A stretch of DNA of 64,000 nucleotides from the human T2T-CHM13v2.0 reference genome, Homo sapiens. Where the stretch lies: NCBI RefSeq assembly GCF_009914755.1, contig NC_060947.1; one strand, written 5' to 3'. A program made the translations under genes and the position numbers. How positions within the stretch are numbered: the stretch's first letter is position 1; the number at the start of each line of letters is the position of its first letter. Under the pieces are notes generated by a model that made no database searches, was not told the DNA's origin, and saw nothing but the letters and a program-made list of their open reading frames with translations. Shown in pieces: positions 1 through 12,782 of this stretch.

Positions 1-1411
1 GCTGAGGAAAAAGCTGAGGATATTGATAAAATGAGTCCCTCAAATTCCAGGCAAAAACAATGAAGAGATCCACACCTAGATAAATATGATGTGTATATGT
101 GTGTGAGTGTTCATGTCTATGTGTGTGTGCATAAAATCCCACAATGAACCAGTCTAGAAAAAAAAAGGGCTTAATAAACAGTAACTATAATGCTGGACTT
201 CTCTGGAAATTTTTTCCTTCTGATATTTAGTATTGCAGAATTTTGCTAGGAAAAATTAAGACCTTACAGACCTCAAAGGTGTGAAAAAAAAAAGGCTAGC
301 AACCACTGTTATCATCATTAAATAGTATCACATTGAGCCCTGAAGAAGCAGTACAAAGTAATAGAAAACCTGTCAAACTAGCTGCCCTAAGATCTAGCTT
401 GTGGTGTTGGTCATATGAAATTACTCAACCCCCTTGAGATCTGGTTCCTTCCTATTTAATATCAGGATAATTATACTTTCTCATACTTTTATAAGAAGGA
501 CAAAAAATGATGATCTATGCTAACTTAGGGTTACAAATTCACCAGCAAAATCAGCCTAATGTTTTTCGCTTTCCTTTCTTAAAGCAGTTCTGCTTTGTCC
601 TTCCCTTCTTCACAGACAGAAATTTGTAGTTGAGACTGCATAACCCATGGGGACATAAAAATTCCTCTTTCCTCATCTCAAACTACCAGCTTATCAATGT
701 GGCAGCAACACAGCTAGAAGCATCTCTTTTGCACAGAGAGCAGCAACTTTTTTGACAGTCTAGGTCCTCCAGAATTTGGTCCCATGCTGCTTGGTAAATT
801 GTATACCTGCCCCTCTCAAGAGTAAAGCTGACGGGTCTTCCTATTACATTACTGCTGTCTAATCTACTTTCCATCACCCACTCCGTATTATGGGGCCTGG
901 TTCATACCTGCCCTAGTACCTTTGCTAAATGGAGTTGGCTTAGCATTGACGAAGAGATCAATGATCAGCTTAAATTCCACCTTTGCTATAAAGCTTTCCC
1001 CAAGAACTGCAACCATTGTAGACACTCGATAATTCAAGTTTCTAAACTGTGGTGCAAATAATGTGATTAATGGTCAAGTCACATTCTTTAGTTTCTGTTC
1101 TTCCCAATTTAGTTCTGTACTATTCACTATTTTAGGTGTATTTTATTGCATCCCAAGGTTCACTGTAATTCTCTTGGTTGTTAGGGGTGGAGAAGTAGGA
1201 TGTATAAAAGAGTTAGTAATGACATGAGAAAATGTTTAAGCTATAACGAAAGTTAAAACAAATCAAGATAAAATATTGAATTGGATAATAACCTCAACCA
1301 GAAAAAAAATGTAGAGAAGGAAGAATGGAAGGCTGTATGATGAAATGTTGGCAGTGATTATGACCGGGTGATGAAATATATTGTAAAATATATTTCACTT
1401 CCTTTTTAGTA

Positions 1412-1486
1412 CAAGTGAAATATATTCAACCACATTCAATTGCCAGAAGCATCTAAGACGTTCTCCACTAAGGCCAGCAACCAAAA
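1412..1486 (+). repeat. ~75-bp local direct duplication, copy 1 (partner 2969-3042)
   Basis: Manual alignment: 26-bp exact core caagtgaaatatattcaaccacattc plus ccagaagcatctaaga; about 10 mismatches and 1 gap overall. Confidence 0.9.
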
Positions 1487-1699
1487 ATAATTAAAATGTA
1501 TGTATAAATAAAAGAAGCCAATAATTCAAATTCCCACAATGAACAGTTAATTACATTTACAAGTTAACAAAATTAAGAGATATGCTTTTGGAGGTAAATT
1601 TTGGGCTGCCATCCCCTAAATCTTGTAACATTTCTAAGAGGTAAGTACTTGTTTAAGGTTTTATCTTTTATCAATTTTACCAGTAATAAACAGGTTTAT

Positions 1700-2230
1700 T
1701 ATATAAAGATTAAATGTAAAAATATTAATAAAGTAGCACTACAGTCTAAAAATAAGTGACACAAAATGGCATACTTATAAGGAAAAATAATAAATCCACA
1801 ATTGCAGCAGCAGTTTTAACACACACCTGTCAAAAACTGCCAGACCAACCATGCAAAATTTAATACAATCATAGATTTGAACTACATAATTAACAAGCTT
1901 AATCTAATTAAACCATATAGAACCCTGCACCCAGTAATTAGAGAATACACATTTCTTTCAAGCACATGCAGAACATTAGAAAATCTGACCACACACTGGT
2001 TGTAAAGGAACTCCCCAAAATTCCAAAGAATTGCTTTAATAAAGAACACAAGCTCTTTCCAAAATCCCAAGATCCAATAATAAATTATTATGAAAGACAG
2101 GAAGGAAGGGAAAGAGAAAGAGACCTACCAGCCTGTGTGTTCAGAAACTGAAAATATAATCTAAATAATTTATAGGCTGAAGATGGATTTTCAAATATTT
2201 TGAACAAAGTATGCATGGTAAATACTTTAA
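1700..2230 (+). mobile_element. Ancient L1 (L1M) fragment, ORF2 endonuclease region, degraded
   Basis: ccatatagaaccctgcacccagtaattagagaatacacatttctttcaagcacatgcagaacattagaaaatctgaccacacactgg translates to YRTLHPVIREYTFLSSTCRTLENLTT, matching the L1 EN segment YRTLHP..EYTFFS. Confidence 0.7.
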
Positions 2231-2968
2231 AAGTGAATACTTAAATAAATAGCCACCACATCGACTTCACATTCGATCGGACTAGATGATTGAGAATTGA
2301 TTATGTTAAGAGACGTCAGTGACCAGACTCTTTTATCCATATTAGATTCTTTCTTTGTGTTACTCCAAATACCAGAGAGAATTCTTTGATAAAATTTCTA
2401 GAGAAAGTATCACTTGGAATGGTTGAGGAGTAAGTGAGATGGAAAGGATAATTGATGAAGCAAGGTGGGAGATTTGCCAGGTAAGGATGGGACAGGAGCA
2501 AGAGGAGGAAGGGGAAGTAGGACTAATGGACTAGTCTTTGTAGGAAAAGAGGGATTATTTTCTTCTAAGATGAGAGAGGAAGAAAAAAGGGATGTATATG
2601 GAAAGAAGCACAGAAAAGACTTAAGTTACATAAAAGGGGCAATAACTCCAACCTTCGGTTACATAGCAGCATTGGGGTACTCAAGTCATTTATATTAATG
2701 CACTTAAAATCCTATGTTTTCTGTATTATTTTTAGGCACACAATACACAGGGCATTGTAAAAATAATTTTCCTACATTTATTTAAAGTTAAAAAGCAGTA
2801 ATCACATCCAATATTTTTTCTTCCGTTGGCTTCCCTCTACTCCGTCAAGTCCCTTTTTTCTTTCTTTATATCTTCTTTATCCAACCCAGTTTTTATCTTT
2901 CCTTTGGTGAAATTGTTTGTTCCACGTGTATTTGCAATCCATGTGCTGCTGACAGTGACTTTGTAGAG

Positions 2969-3042
2969 CAAGTGAAATATATTCAACCACATTCGACCAC
3001 CAGAAGCATCTAAGATGTACCCACCAAGGATAGCAACCCAAA
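2969..3042 (+). repeat. ~75-bp local direct duplication, copy 2 (partner 1412-1486)
   Basis: Same manual alignment as copy 1. Confidence 0.9.
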
Positions 3043-3473
3043 GTTGCTACTTTATCAGGGAGACCAATTCCCACCCCAGCCACATGAAAGAGCCTCTGCA
3101 ATCATTTTAAAAGGCAGATGTGGGTCAAACATATACAGTATGAGGTTCTCCAAAAGAAGCAAGCTCTGTCTTCCTTCCTTTGAAATGAATAGCACACTCT
3201 TCCAATGGGACACTTTGCAAGCAGCTGCATGTCCTCTAGTGATGTTACTTTTCAGTTCTGAGCCAAGCACTATTCAAATGCTTGAAATGTATTTCATTCA
3301 CCCTTCACAAAAACCATTTGAAATTATCACTATTATTAGACCCATACTACAGACAAGGAAACTGGGGTTCTGATTCACAATATTAGTATATGGCATACAA
3401 GAAAATTGTTCTGGAATCAAGTTAAAGGATTTACATTATCTATAATAACTTTGTAAACTCCTCAGGTTTAAAT

Positions 3474-3757
3474 CAGGACTCATCAATCATTTCCTGTAAA
3501 GAACCAAATACTAGATATTTTAGGCATTGTGGGTCATATAGTCTCTGTTGCAACTACTCAACTCTTCCATAGTAGTGTGAAAGCAGCTATAGATAGTATA
3601 TAACCAAATGGGCATGGCTGTACAACAAACTGTATTAATGGATCCTGAAATAAAAATTTCATATAATTTTATATAATTTTCACATATCACAGAATATCAT
3701 TCTTCTTTAGAATTTTTCAGCCATTTAAAAATCTAAAATGTATTCTTAGCTTGTAGG
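3474..3757 (+). mobile_element. MER58B-like hAT-Charlie MITE
   Basis: ttcctgtaaagaaccaaatactagatattttaggc...gtctctgttgcaactactcaactc...ccatttaaaaatctaaaatgtattcttagc follows the MER58B consensus. Confidence 0.8.
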
Positions 3758-3877
3758 ATAAAATTGGTTTCAAGTGTAAATTGTAGCAAAAAAAGAAAAG
3801 CAGACAAGAAAGCAGGAAGAGAAAAAGAAGCAAAGAGAGAGAAGGGAAGAGAGAGAGAGAGAGAAGAAAACACTGTG

Positions 3878-4316
3878 ATCCAGTCATTACATTTCTAAGA
3901 ATGCATCTTAAGTAATCATAAATGTATGCAAGATTAATTTCTCTTTAAGAAAGTTCATACCAGGGTGATTCATAATTCTACAAAGGTGAAAATAACCCAG
4001 ATGAACAGCATGAGAAGATTGGTTAAGTATATACAGTAAGTCGATGAAATACTATACTGAATATCATGCGGTAGAAGATTATTGATGACGTCATCATGTT
4101 CATAAGACAATCAAGAAAATATAAAATATGTTGCTATGATCTCATTTTAGCTAAAAAGCATATTCAAAGACATAAAATATTGAACAATATGCATCCAAAT
4201 GTTAACAGTGGATATCTGCAGCTGGTGAGATTTAATGTGATTTTTTCTTTTATCTTTTTCTATATTTTTAATATATTTTACAATGCATATATCTTACTTT
4301 CATAATCAGGAAAAAA
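3878..4316 (+). mobile_element. Ancient L1ME 3' end
   Basis: aaatgttaacagtggatatctgcagctggtgagatttaatgtgattttttc...cataatcaggaaaaaa is a typical L1ME3/4 3' terminus. Confidence 0.7.
4083..4096. promoter_or_regulatory. Perfect 14-bp palindromic CRE/ATF motif TGATGACGTCATCA
   Basis: Motif read directly; contains TGACGTCA with ATGACGTCAT flanks. Function not shown. Confidence 0.35.
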
Positions 4317-4779
4317 GTTCAACTTCTACCTGCTCCACACCAGTCAGTAGTGCTATAAAATTTCTGAAGAATTACTAAATGTTTCTCCGGGCTTAAAGCA
4401 TTTTTGGCTTAGGTCCATTAAAACAATTTTTTTTTCCAGAAGGGCTGGGTCTTCTGTTCACAGGGGCAGTGAACCTACAGACAACTAGCAGGTGCATGGA
4501 AAGCAGGAATCAATGAAATCCACACATAGTGCCCCAAACATATTTTTGACCAAAAGTCTCCCCTGTAAGCCATTTTTTTAAAAAGTCTGTTGCAATGTAA
4601 ATAACTTGAAAGCTGTATCTAAGCAAGCTCCCAGCTTGGTAAGAAAAACTGACATAAAGTACTATGTAAATTTAGGATCCTTATACAAACTCGAGCTCTG
4701 GACTCCAAGAGCTCTCACCCATGACTCGCTTTTATACAACTCATAGAATTGCAAGGAAGCTCCATAGGGCTTCCCATTG

Positions 4780-6365
4780 GCCTTATGCACCAACATGAGG
4801 CCAGCAAATCTCAATATTCCTCTATCCCATACTTGTCATCCTTGGTCCTTGCCCTGAATATAAGTCCCTTTGTCATCTACAGTCTCATTCTCACCCCATT
4901 GTGCTGCTTCTCTCTGCCTCAAGATTGTATTGCTGCCCTTGTCCATAAACATTCTCGTTGTGTGTTCTGGATCCTTAAGATCATAGTAGATTAATTCATA
5001 TACTTCCTAAACTTGACAGAATGCTTCTCCAACTCAAACCTTTAATGGAACCTGGCTCTTCTCTGATGACACTGCTTTCCCTGAAGGGATTTCAAGTGAA
5101 GACTGCTTAGTCTTTCATCTACTCCTGCCATTGCAGGATCAGAGTATTGGTGATCTGGCCCTGTTGTTTCCTACCCAACATTATGATCATTATTCCCGGA
5201 TCATTAATCTAAAGACCTCTGGTCTCTTGAAATGTTTGTTTCTCAACTATATACCTCTCTAGGCCTCCTAATAATTCTTCCACATTCAGGATGATTCTGG
5301 GGCATAGTTTACTGCTTCTTCTACCCCATCCTATCATCACTCTCAAAGAGTCCTGCCATCCATAGGTCTCTGCATCTCCTCCCAGCCTAATAAATGCCTC
5401 CTATCTTCACTTTCTTTCCTGCCCTGCCTGGATATGATGGCTATGATTAAAAACCACTTGTCCTCCAGTCCCCTCAGTGTCTTTTCACCACTGTCCTTCT
5501 GCCAAAACCCTAAATCCCAAACCCTGGTCTAATTTTACAATCCACCCTTTCTGATTTACACAGCAAGAGAAAGACATGCAAATCTGGAAGTTTGGCATCA
5601 TTACAAATTCCAACCTTTGCTGGATTTTCAGCTACACTCTTTTATACTTTTCTTCAGTCCATTTTCTATTCTGCTCAATGACCCTGTTCAGTCTTTACTC
5701 CCTTGCTCAAAAGTCCTTAGATCAATCCCCATTCCTTCCAATTTCAATATTTTGCTGGCCTCTCTGCTTCATCAAGACAATTGAAGCCATCAGCTATGAT
5801 TTTCTTTAACTTTCCACCTCACAATATAAGCATTCAAGAGTGAGGACAGTGGGGTCTCTCATCCAGTTGAAGGTCAATCAGTTCCCTCTGTGCCCTGCCC
5901 CACATCTTTCTGTTCCTTCTGTGGCATTGGTCTTCAAGTCCCTTCCTATATCTCAAACCATTCTCTCCCTTTTCTTTCAGACTCCAGTAGTTATGCTAGA
6001 GATGCTCCATTTCCTTAAACTTGAAGAAATACCTCTTCCTTACAGATGTGTTCCCTCTAGAAACCACTCTTCTTCCCAGCACAACCTTTGGAAGGACTGG
6101 ACTATTCACTAACAATCTTCTCTCTTCCTTCCCTTCCTACTCATCCCTCATTCTGCATTTCTGTTTGTTGCCCTTTCAATTTCATGGAAGGGGCTCTTGG
6201 TAAGGTCAGCATTGACCTCCCATCTGCAAAGTCCTATGGCTATTTTCAGTCTTTATCATTCTAGACCTCTCTTCTACATCTGACAATGTTGAACACTTCC
6301 TCCTCCTTTGCATCCACAACAATGCAAATTCCTGGTTCTATTTGCACCTCTCTGACTCATGGACT
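4780..6365 (+). mobile_element. L2 LINE fragment (EN to RT region), degraded
   Basis: Pyrimidine-rich sense strand; gtctttatcattctagacctctcttctacatctgacaatgttgaacac reads VFIILDLSSTSDNVEH, the L2 RT motif (VLILLDLSAAFDTVDH). Confidence 0.75.
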
Positions 6366-8925
6366 CTCTTGTAAGGCCTGCCACAGGATTCAGAACTAGA
6401 CTTGACATGTGTATGCTTAATGTGGCTCATTATATTCCAATTCCCATTGCCCCAACTTCCCTGCCCTTACACCACTTCACTGGTGAAATGTCCTTGTTAT
6501 AATTTTCAATACCTAATTAACATTTTTAACAATAATATATATCTATTAAAAGATGATGCCCTCATCTTTATGTCACATTATGTGATACAATTTTATTTTT
6601 TTTAACGTTAACATATTTCTCCTTGAATTCAGGAGAGCCACAGCATGAAATAGAGGGCCTTGGTTTAATAATTTTAAAATAAAAATATCAACTTATTTCT
6701 AAAATATTATGATTATTAAATGAGATAAAAAGTGCCAGAGTGACCAGAATACTGTCTGGCACAAAGTAAATCACATAAAAAATGTTTACTGAATTCAAAT
6801 CTAAAGTCAGTGAGTCTCCTTGGCCACTAAACAATTGGCCAATTGGCAAAACACAATGTTAGTCAAGGCAAGTAAAGCATATCAGTTCAACCAATTGTCT
6901 GGTGTAGTGACATCAAGGCCCAAGGTCAGTATCCTCTGGTGTTTGTGCCAAAGTATGCAAATCATGCCGGGACAGTCCAGTTTCTCTGGTGGGAAACTCT
7001 GTGGCTTCCTCCCTGCTGCTCACTACCATTCTCGCCAGCAGAATGGTGACAAACCAGTAGCAATAAAGAGGTGGGAGGACTTGAGCCTGAGCTCCCATGG
7101 CTGGCAGGCACAGTATGCAAGGGAAACCTTTGTTGCTGCTCCAACCAGTGTTCATTCAGCATTCTCTTCCCCAAACTGTGACCCAGCACACCTTGGCACA
7201 CTCCTTTATAAAACTGCCAAACGCCAGCATAAAGAAAACCAGTGGCAGATGGACTGGATACTAACTTTTACAAGCAGTCATTTTGGCATTATGCATCCAG
7301 TCTTTGAGTAATTCTCCTCCCCAAGATTAATGAGGTCACCATGGGAGTTTGTGAATAGACATAGGAGGTGAAACTGCCACATTCCTTTAACTCCTCTTTT
7401 TTGGCTGTCAAATGAAATTACTCAGTGTGGCTTTAGTAGTGCCCAAGGCAATCACAAATTTAGCACACATTACACATATCCATTGCATCTCCTCTACTGT
7501 GCCCCTTATTCAAAGTGGCATTTGATTGTATTGAGAAAATATTTGTTCTTATGTAAGCTTCCTTAGACCTTATAAAATGTACTGTCACTTGCAATATAAC
7601 TGATACAAAGATGTTTACATAATGTGACACTGATCTTTTTGAATTTGGAAGTGGCATTAATGCATAACCTTTTTTCCAGAATGGCATGCAAGTTTTCATT
7701 CTACATTTTCCCCAAAACATAAATGTTCAAAAACTTATCTGTGCAGTTAATAAACTTTATCATATAGGAAACTTTCAGTGAAAAGTAATACAGCATGTCA
7801 CCTATTTTCTTTCCTGAGTATAAGGACTCATTTGTAAGTTTTAAAATTCTCAAGCCATTTGTCTCCCTAAATATAATCTCATTCATACTTTGAAGTTACC
7901 ACATGGATTCAGTTTATTTACATCCAAATGTATACACTGACAGTGACATTTAAAACATGTAACATGGATTAACATCTGTTCTTCTTTTGTTCAAAACACA
8001 GAGAGGTGTGTTTCCAGTCAAGTTTTCATTCAATACTGATAAGCTGTAAGTAGAGATACATCTGTAAACACGCTAAATAAAAGGTCAAAGGCCTTTTGTG
8101 CTCTCTCTTTAATGTCACTGCAAATAAAGAAACAGAAAAATTCAGGCAGACCAAAAAAAAATGAAAGGAAATTTCTAGACTCAGAGAGAAGGAATTCTGG
8201 GACGAAGATATGCCTGTTCTCTCAAGCCAGCCATTTCGTCTCAAATTTTTGAAACAATATCACAAAGTGTCACAAGAAAGTATACACAGATACTTATTTT
8301 TGGCAAATCATTTCTACATGCTTTCAAAAGAATGGACAATACAAAAAGTTCTAAGGCAGACAGTGTCAGTCACATAGAACCCCTCCACCCAGAGATCACT
8401 AACGGTATTTAAGCACAGGTTCCTCCAATTGTACTTGTCTAGGAGTAAGTAAGCTAACACATACTTCTCCACTTAAATACATCATGCAGGGAAAGCTGAG
8501 ACTGCGGTATATACAGAGCTCTTTTATCAGCATTGCACTAAAAAGATTTCTGATTTCACTAAATATCTTTATAAACATATTTTTTAGTATTTGTATATAA
8601 AACTCCATCCACATGGAAGTGCCAAGCTAAAAATAAGTTTGTGAAAACAATGGTATTGAGACTACCTTGGATTTGATGGGAAAATCTGGAGCTTGGAAGT
8701 GATTAAAGCAGCCACACCTCACACAAACAAATAGAGTAATCCTTGATTTCTTATTTCAATTGTATGGAATGCCTTGGAAATTCCTGGAATTGAGGCAATA
8801 GAGCAATCAGGTGTTTGTGCTATGAGGAAAATAAAGACTGAATGATGATGGTCCAAACCTCATGTCATTCTATCTTTTGTTATAGGTCCTGAAAAGGTCC
8901 ACCATATGTTTCAGTTAAGGCAGAA

Positions 8926-8940
8926 GAGAGAGGGAGAGAG

Positions 8941-9004
<64 letters not shown>

Positions 9005-9053
9005 TGTGTGTGTGTGTGTGAGAGAGAGAGAAAGAGTGTGTGTGAAAGACAGT

Positions 9054-9088
<35 letters not shown>

Positions 9089-9102
9089 CGTGTGTGTGTG
9101 TG
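8926..9102. repeat. Compound (GA)n/(GT)n microsatellite
   Basis: Alternating GA and GT tracts; longest pure GT run is 8944-8988. Confidence 0.97.
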
Positions 9103-9289
9103 TTGCAAAGAAGAGGTGTATGATCACAGGAGCACTTTAATCAAATAAGTTCTGCTTTAATCTGTTTTATACACATTGGATAGAATCGTTGGTAGCTTTT
9201 TTTAAGTAAAATAAGATGCCCACTGCCAAATACATAAATTCTTACATAAATACATACATACAATAAAATAATGAGATAAAATTTTTTAA

Positions 9290-9504
9290 AGCACTAGTAT
9301 AGAATAAAGAACCCAATACTGGGCCCATAGACTGGGTTCATGTCCTAGCCTAGCCATGTCAGTAGCTGTATGACCTTAAGGAAATCATTTTTTTCTCTCA
9401 AAGTCTCAAATTTCCTTACTGTTAAATGGAGACAGAAATATCAATCTCACAGGATTATTATATGTAGCAATGAATGGCATAAAAGAAAGTATATATCATG
9501 GTAC
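9290..9504 (+). mobile_element. MIR SINE, split by an LTR and resuming at ~10073-10100
   Basis: agactgggttcatgtcctagcc...tagctgtatgaccttaaggaaatcatt...gttaaatggaga MIR core; the tail gcatagtaggtacttaaca follows the LTR. Confidence 0.75.
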
Positions 9505-10072
9505 TGAAGGAGTGCCACTCCAAAATATGCCAGATAAGTAAAGTGATTATTTCGAATTGAAAACACTGGAGAAATTGTAGTTTCAGAAACCTGGCTCTTC
9601 CTGCATTCAGCAAGCCGTGAAAGCCAAGAAGATTCCTCTGGAAGGTGTACCCTCTCTAAACCAGGGTGAGAAAACCGTCCTTATTACCAGACACTTGGAA
9701 TTGATGGCTGCCATGGACATGAATAAACATACCTAATGAAGTAACTCATATCTTCCACCTGTTTTACACCCGTAATATATCTTCTAGTGACTCCTCTAGG
9801 AAATTTTACTGCCCTATCCAGATCTTCTTAGTCCTACCATTTCTTTTCAGATTTATTGCTCTTTGTCAGAAAATGTATAAGCATCTTGCTTTGGCCACTT
9901 GTTTAGACTTCACTCTCTTATGAAGATCCCCTGTACATGTAAAACTAATAAAATGTGTCTGTTTTTATCTTGTTAATCTGCCTGGTGTCAATTTAGTTTC
10001 TAGATCCAGCTGAAGAGCCCACTAAGAGCTAAAAGTAGGGCTGGAGGTGATGTGATCTCTGGCTCTCCTACA
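9505..10072 (+). mobile_element. Solo ERV1 LTR, MER34/MER39 family
   Basis: TG...CA termini (tgaaggagtgccactccaaaatatgcca ... ctctcctaca), tataa and aataaa motifs, flanks gtac/gtaa as a degenerate 4-bp TSD. Confidence 0.8.
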
Positions 10073-10251
10073 GTAACTATTGCATAGTAGGTACTTAACA
10101 TACGTTATATGAGGCTCAATTTACCTGCTTGGTGGTCCCCAGCAAAGATGAAATTAGAAGAACATTATCATGAAGTCAAGATCTCAGACTGACTCTATGA
10201 TACTGCACAGAATCTCAAATATCATTAACCAGTTAGTTCAATAGTCAAGAC

Positions 10252-10455
10252 CAGGGTTTGGCAAATTTTCTGTAAAGGTTAGATAGTAAATAATTTTAGT
10301 TTTGTACACCATACCATCTTTCTCACAACTATTCAACTCTGCAATTATAGTGCAAATCCAGAAATAGACCTATGTAAACAAATAAGCATGCGCCAATAAA
10401 ACTTTACTTACAAAAACATGTGGACTGTCTGCAGGCCCTACTTTGCCAACCCCTA
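10252..10455 (+). mobile_element. MER58A hAT-Charlie MITE
   Basis: TIRs cagggtttggcaaa ... tttgccaaccccta; internal caactattcaactctgc and ccaataaaacttta. Confidence 0.85.
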
Positions 10456-10809
10456 GTTTTCAAAGTTAGACAGAGTTAGCCTGGCAAGTAATTTGGGAGA
10501 ACCATGGCAAAAATCCTCCATATAACTTAAGAATAAGAAATAAAGTGAAAATTTTGATGCCAAAGAGTCCAATGGGAAAGATAAAAGCTGGATTTTTGTC
10601 TCAGTGGCCTTGAACCTAATAACAAATGATTTTCTTGATCTGAGCAGCTAAGCCTTAACGACTTGAGTAAATGGCAACGAAAGCTGGCCTAATTACTAGG
10701 AAGCTCCAGGACCTCTAACAATCCTACCAGACACTGTGGTGGTAGCTTCAAATAATTCACCAGTATTTGTATTTATGTGTGCCTGCAAACGATGTGTAAT
10801 TTAGGCATC

Positions 10810-11290
10810 TGTTTCAGTTATCTACTGCTGTGTAAAAACCACCCAGAACTAGTAATTCAAAACAACATTTTACTATATTACCTCACAGTTCTGTGGGTTA
10901 ACTGGGCCAAACTAAGAGGTTCTTAGATAGATCTCTTCTGCAATTGCAGCCACCAGGGCTGCATGTCTAAAATGGCTATTTTACTCAAGTTTCTGGCACC
11001 TCAGCTGGGACGACTAGAGCAGCTAAGGGCTGGTCAGACATCTCTCTCCCTCCATGTGGCCTCTTCCTATTTAAGTTTCTCCAACATGGTGGAGTACACA
11101 GTCAGACTTCTTACCTGGTTCCCAGCTTCTCCCAGAATAAACATTCCAAAAAACACAGACTGAAGTTGCAAGTCTTCTTATGATTTAGCCTACAAAGTTG
11201 TGCATTGTCACTTCTGCCACATTCAATTAGTCAAATGCTAGCCCAGGTTAAAAGGAAGGGCTTGAATCCAGGGAAGCATAGTCCACCAGA
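10810..11290 (-). mobile_element. MaLR solo LTR (MLT1G/H-like)
   Basis: tgtttcagttatctactgctgtgtaaaaaccaccca...ctcacagttctgtggg...cacttctgccacattc is an antisense MLT1 signature. Confidence 0.75.
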
Positions 11291-11789
11291 GACATGTTAA
11301 AAGGTATACGTTTTAAAGATCTGGTTTTTGGAACAGGCCTTGGCGGACTTATTTAAAAGCCTGAAGCCAAAGTACATCACAAACTCTAAGCGTACACTAT
11401 CTACTATAAATGTGTATCTCCCTAGACAATTTGGCTACAAAGTGCAACATGTCAGCAATTTAGTCAAAAATCTCATCTTCCTCAGGGAAACTCAGAGCCA
11501 CTTTACAATAAAGATGTAAAATCCCTTCAAAGCAGCTGAAGATATTTGTAAAACATTTTTAAGCTGGATTTTGAGGCAAAAAAATAATAATAATTTCCCA
11601 AGATTCTATACCTAAAACCCATTTGAAGGTAAATCCAAAGCAAAAAGGCAACAGCTTCTGGATTATTTGACAAAACAAAGCAGAAAGGATGAACCAACAG
11701 AGAATCTCAGCATTATAAGGGACCCAAGAGCATCTAATTCAATTTTCCACACAAGGCAGATTGTATTTTCTGTAATAAATTATAAGGAA

Positions 11790-11965
11790 TTTTAGGGAAC
11801 TGACATTTTTACCACCTACTCTGTGCCCACCTAATTAACTCCTCCCAACAACTTTATGAGGTCATTATAAAGTAGGCAATATCATTACTCCCATTTTACA
11901 GATAAGAAAACTGAGACTCTGATAAATTAAGTGATTTGCCCAAGGAAACATATGTAGAAATTGGA
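11790..11965 (-). mobile_element. MIR SINE
   Basis: cccattttacagataagaaaactgagactc...aagtgatttgcccaagg MIR core. Confidence 0.85.
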
Positions 11966-12532
11966 AACAATAGAATCTAAAATATGTTCTGGGTTGATGC
12001 AAAGGAATCAAGCATTGAGTCTGTCATGAAGTAGCCCATTCCAATTCCAATATTGGGCAGTTCTAAAGATCGGGGTCAAAAAAAAAAAAAACCAAACAAA
12101 CATGCTCCAGAAGTTTGTATGGTAAATCAAGAAGCCTCTCCTGCCAGGTTTCTTATGCTCAAAGTGCATAGTTTGACTTCAGTGACACCAGAACTCCTTG
12201 AAATAATATGTAAATTGTGCTGTCTACAGATGTATTTTATAACAGTGGTTCTACAACTCTGGTTAGATTATTAAAAAAAGACAGCTCCAAAAACTTTAAC
12301 AGCAGCCAATCCATAAGACAGAGTTATGCCCAATAAGAACAGACCAGGTGTCTATTCATAAAGACAGCAAACCTAGGCCGTGATCTTCATGGGTTCACGT
12401 TCCAGTTGAGCAAACAGAAGATGCATCTATGCAACCACAGCAGATACAAAATAATATTAACACTAAATGTTAACATTATTAACATTACTTAGGTCCTTAC
12501 CCCTCTACAGATAAGTAACAGGGCTAAGCAGA

Positions 12533-12782
12533 TGCTTTCCCCACTAATTGTTTTGGCCACAGAACTCTTTATCTAAACATTTGCTAATGCCAAATATAAG
12601 ATACAGATTAAAGCGGAACTTCTTTGGTGGAAGTGATGATGGCTTGCCCATAGCCCTTTCTGTTTAGCTTTCCTTGGACACCAAACCACGCATCTTCCAC
12701 CAACTTCCTTTTTATAAAACCTTTGGGATTCCTTCAGAATATACCTATAGGGTTCTTTTGAAGCACAGTTTGAAAACCACCA
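12533..12782 (-). mobile_element. Old hAT-Charlie MITE (MER112/MER117-like); related copies at ~16790-16980 and ~31760-31945
   Basis: Ends in cacagtttgaaaaccac (Charlie-type TIR); internal gcggaacttctttggtggaag resembles agagcttctctggttgaaag of the 16.9-kb copy. Confidence 0.55.

Noticed and set aside
6820-7311. 163-aa ORF in non-repeat sequence
   Set aside because: Starts at TTG, has no recognisable domain and no exon context; compatible with chance.
8911-9140. His/Thr- and Cys/Val-rich ORFs
   Set aside because: Translations of the microsatellite.
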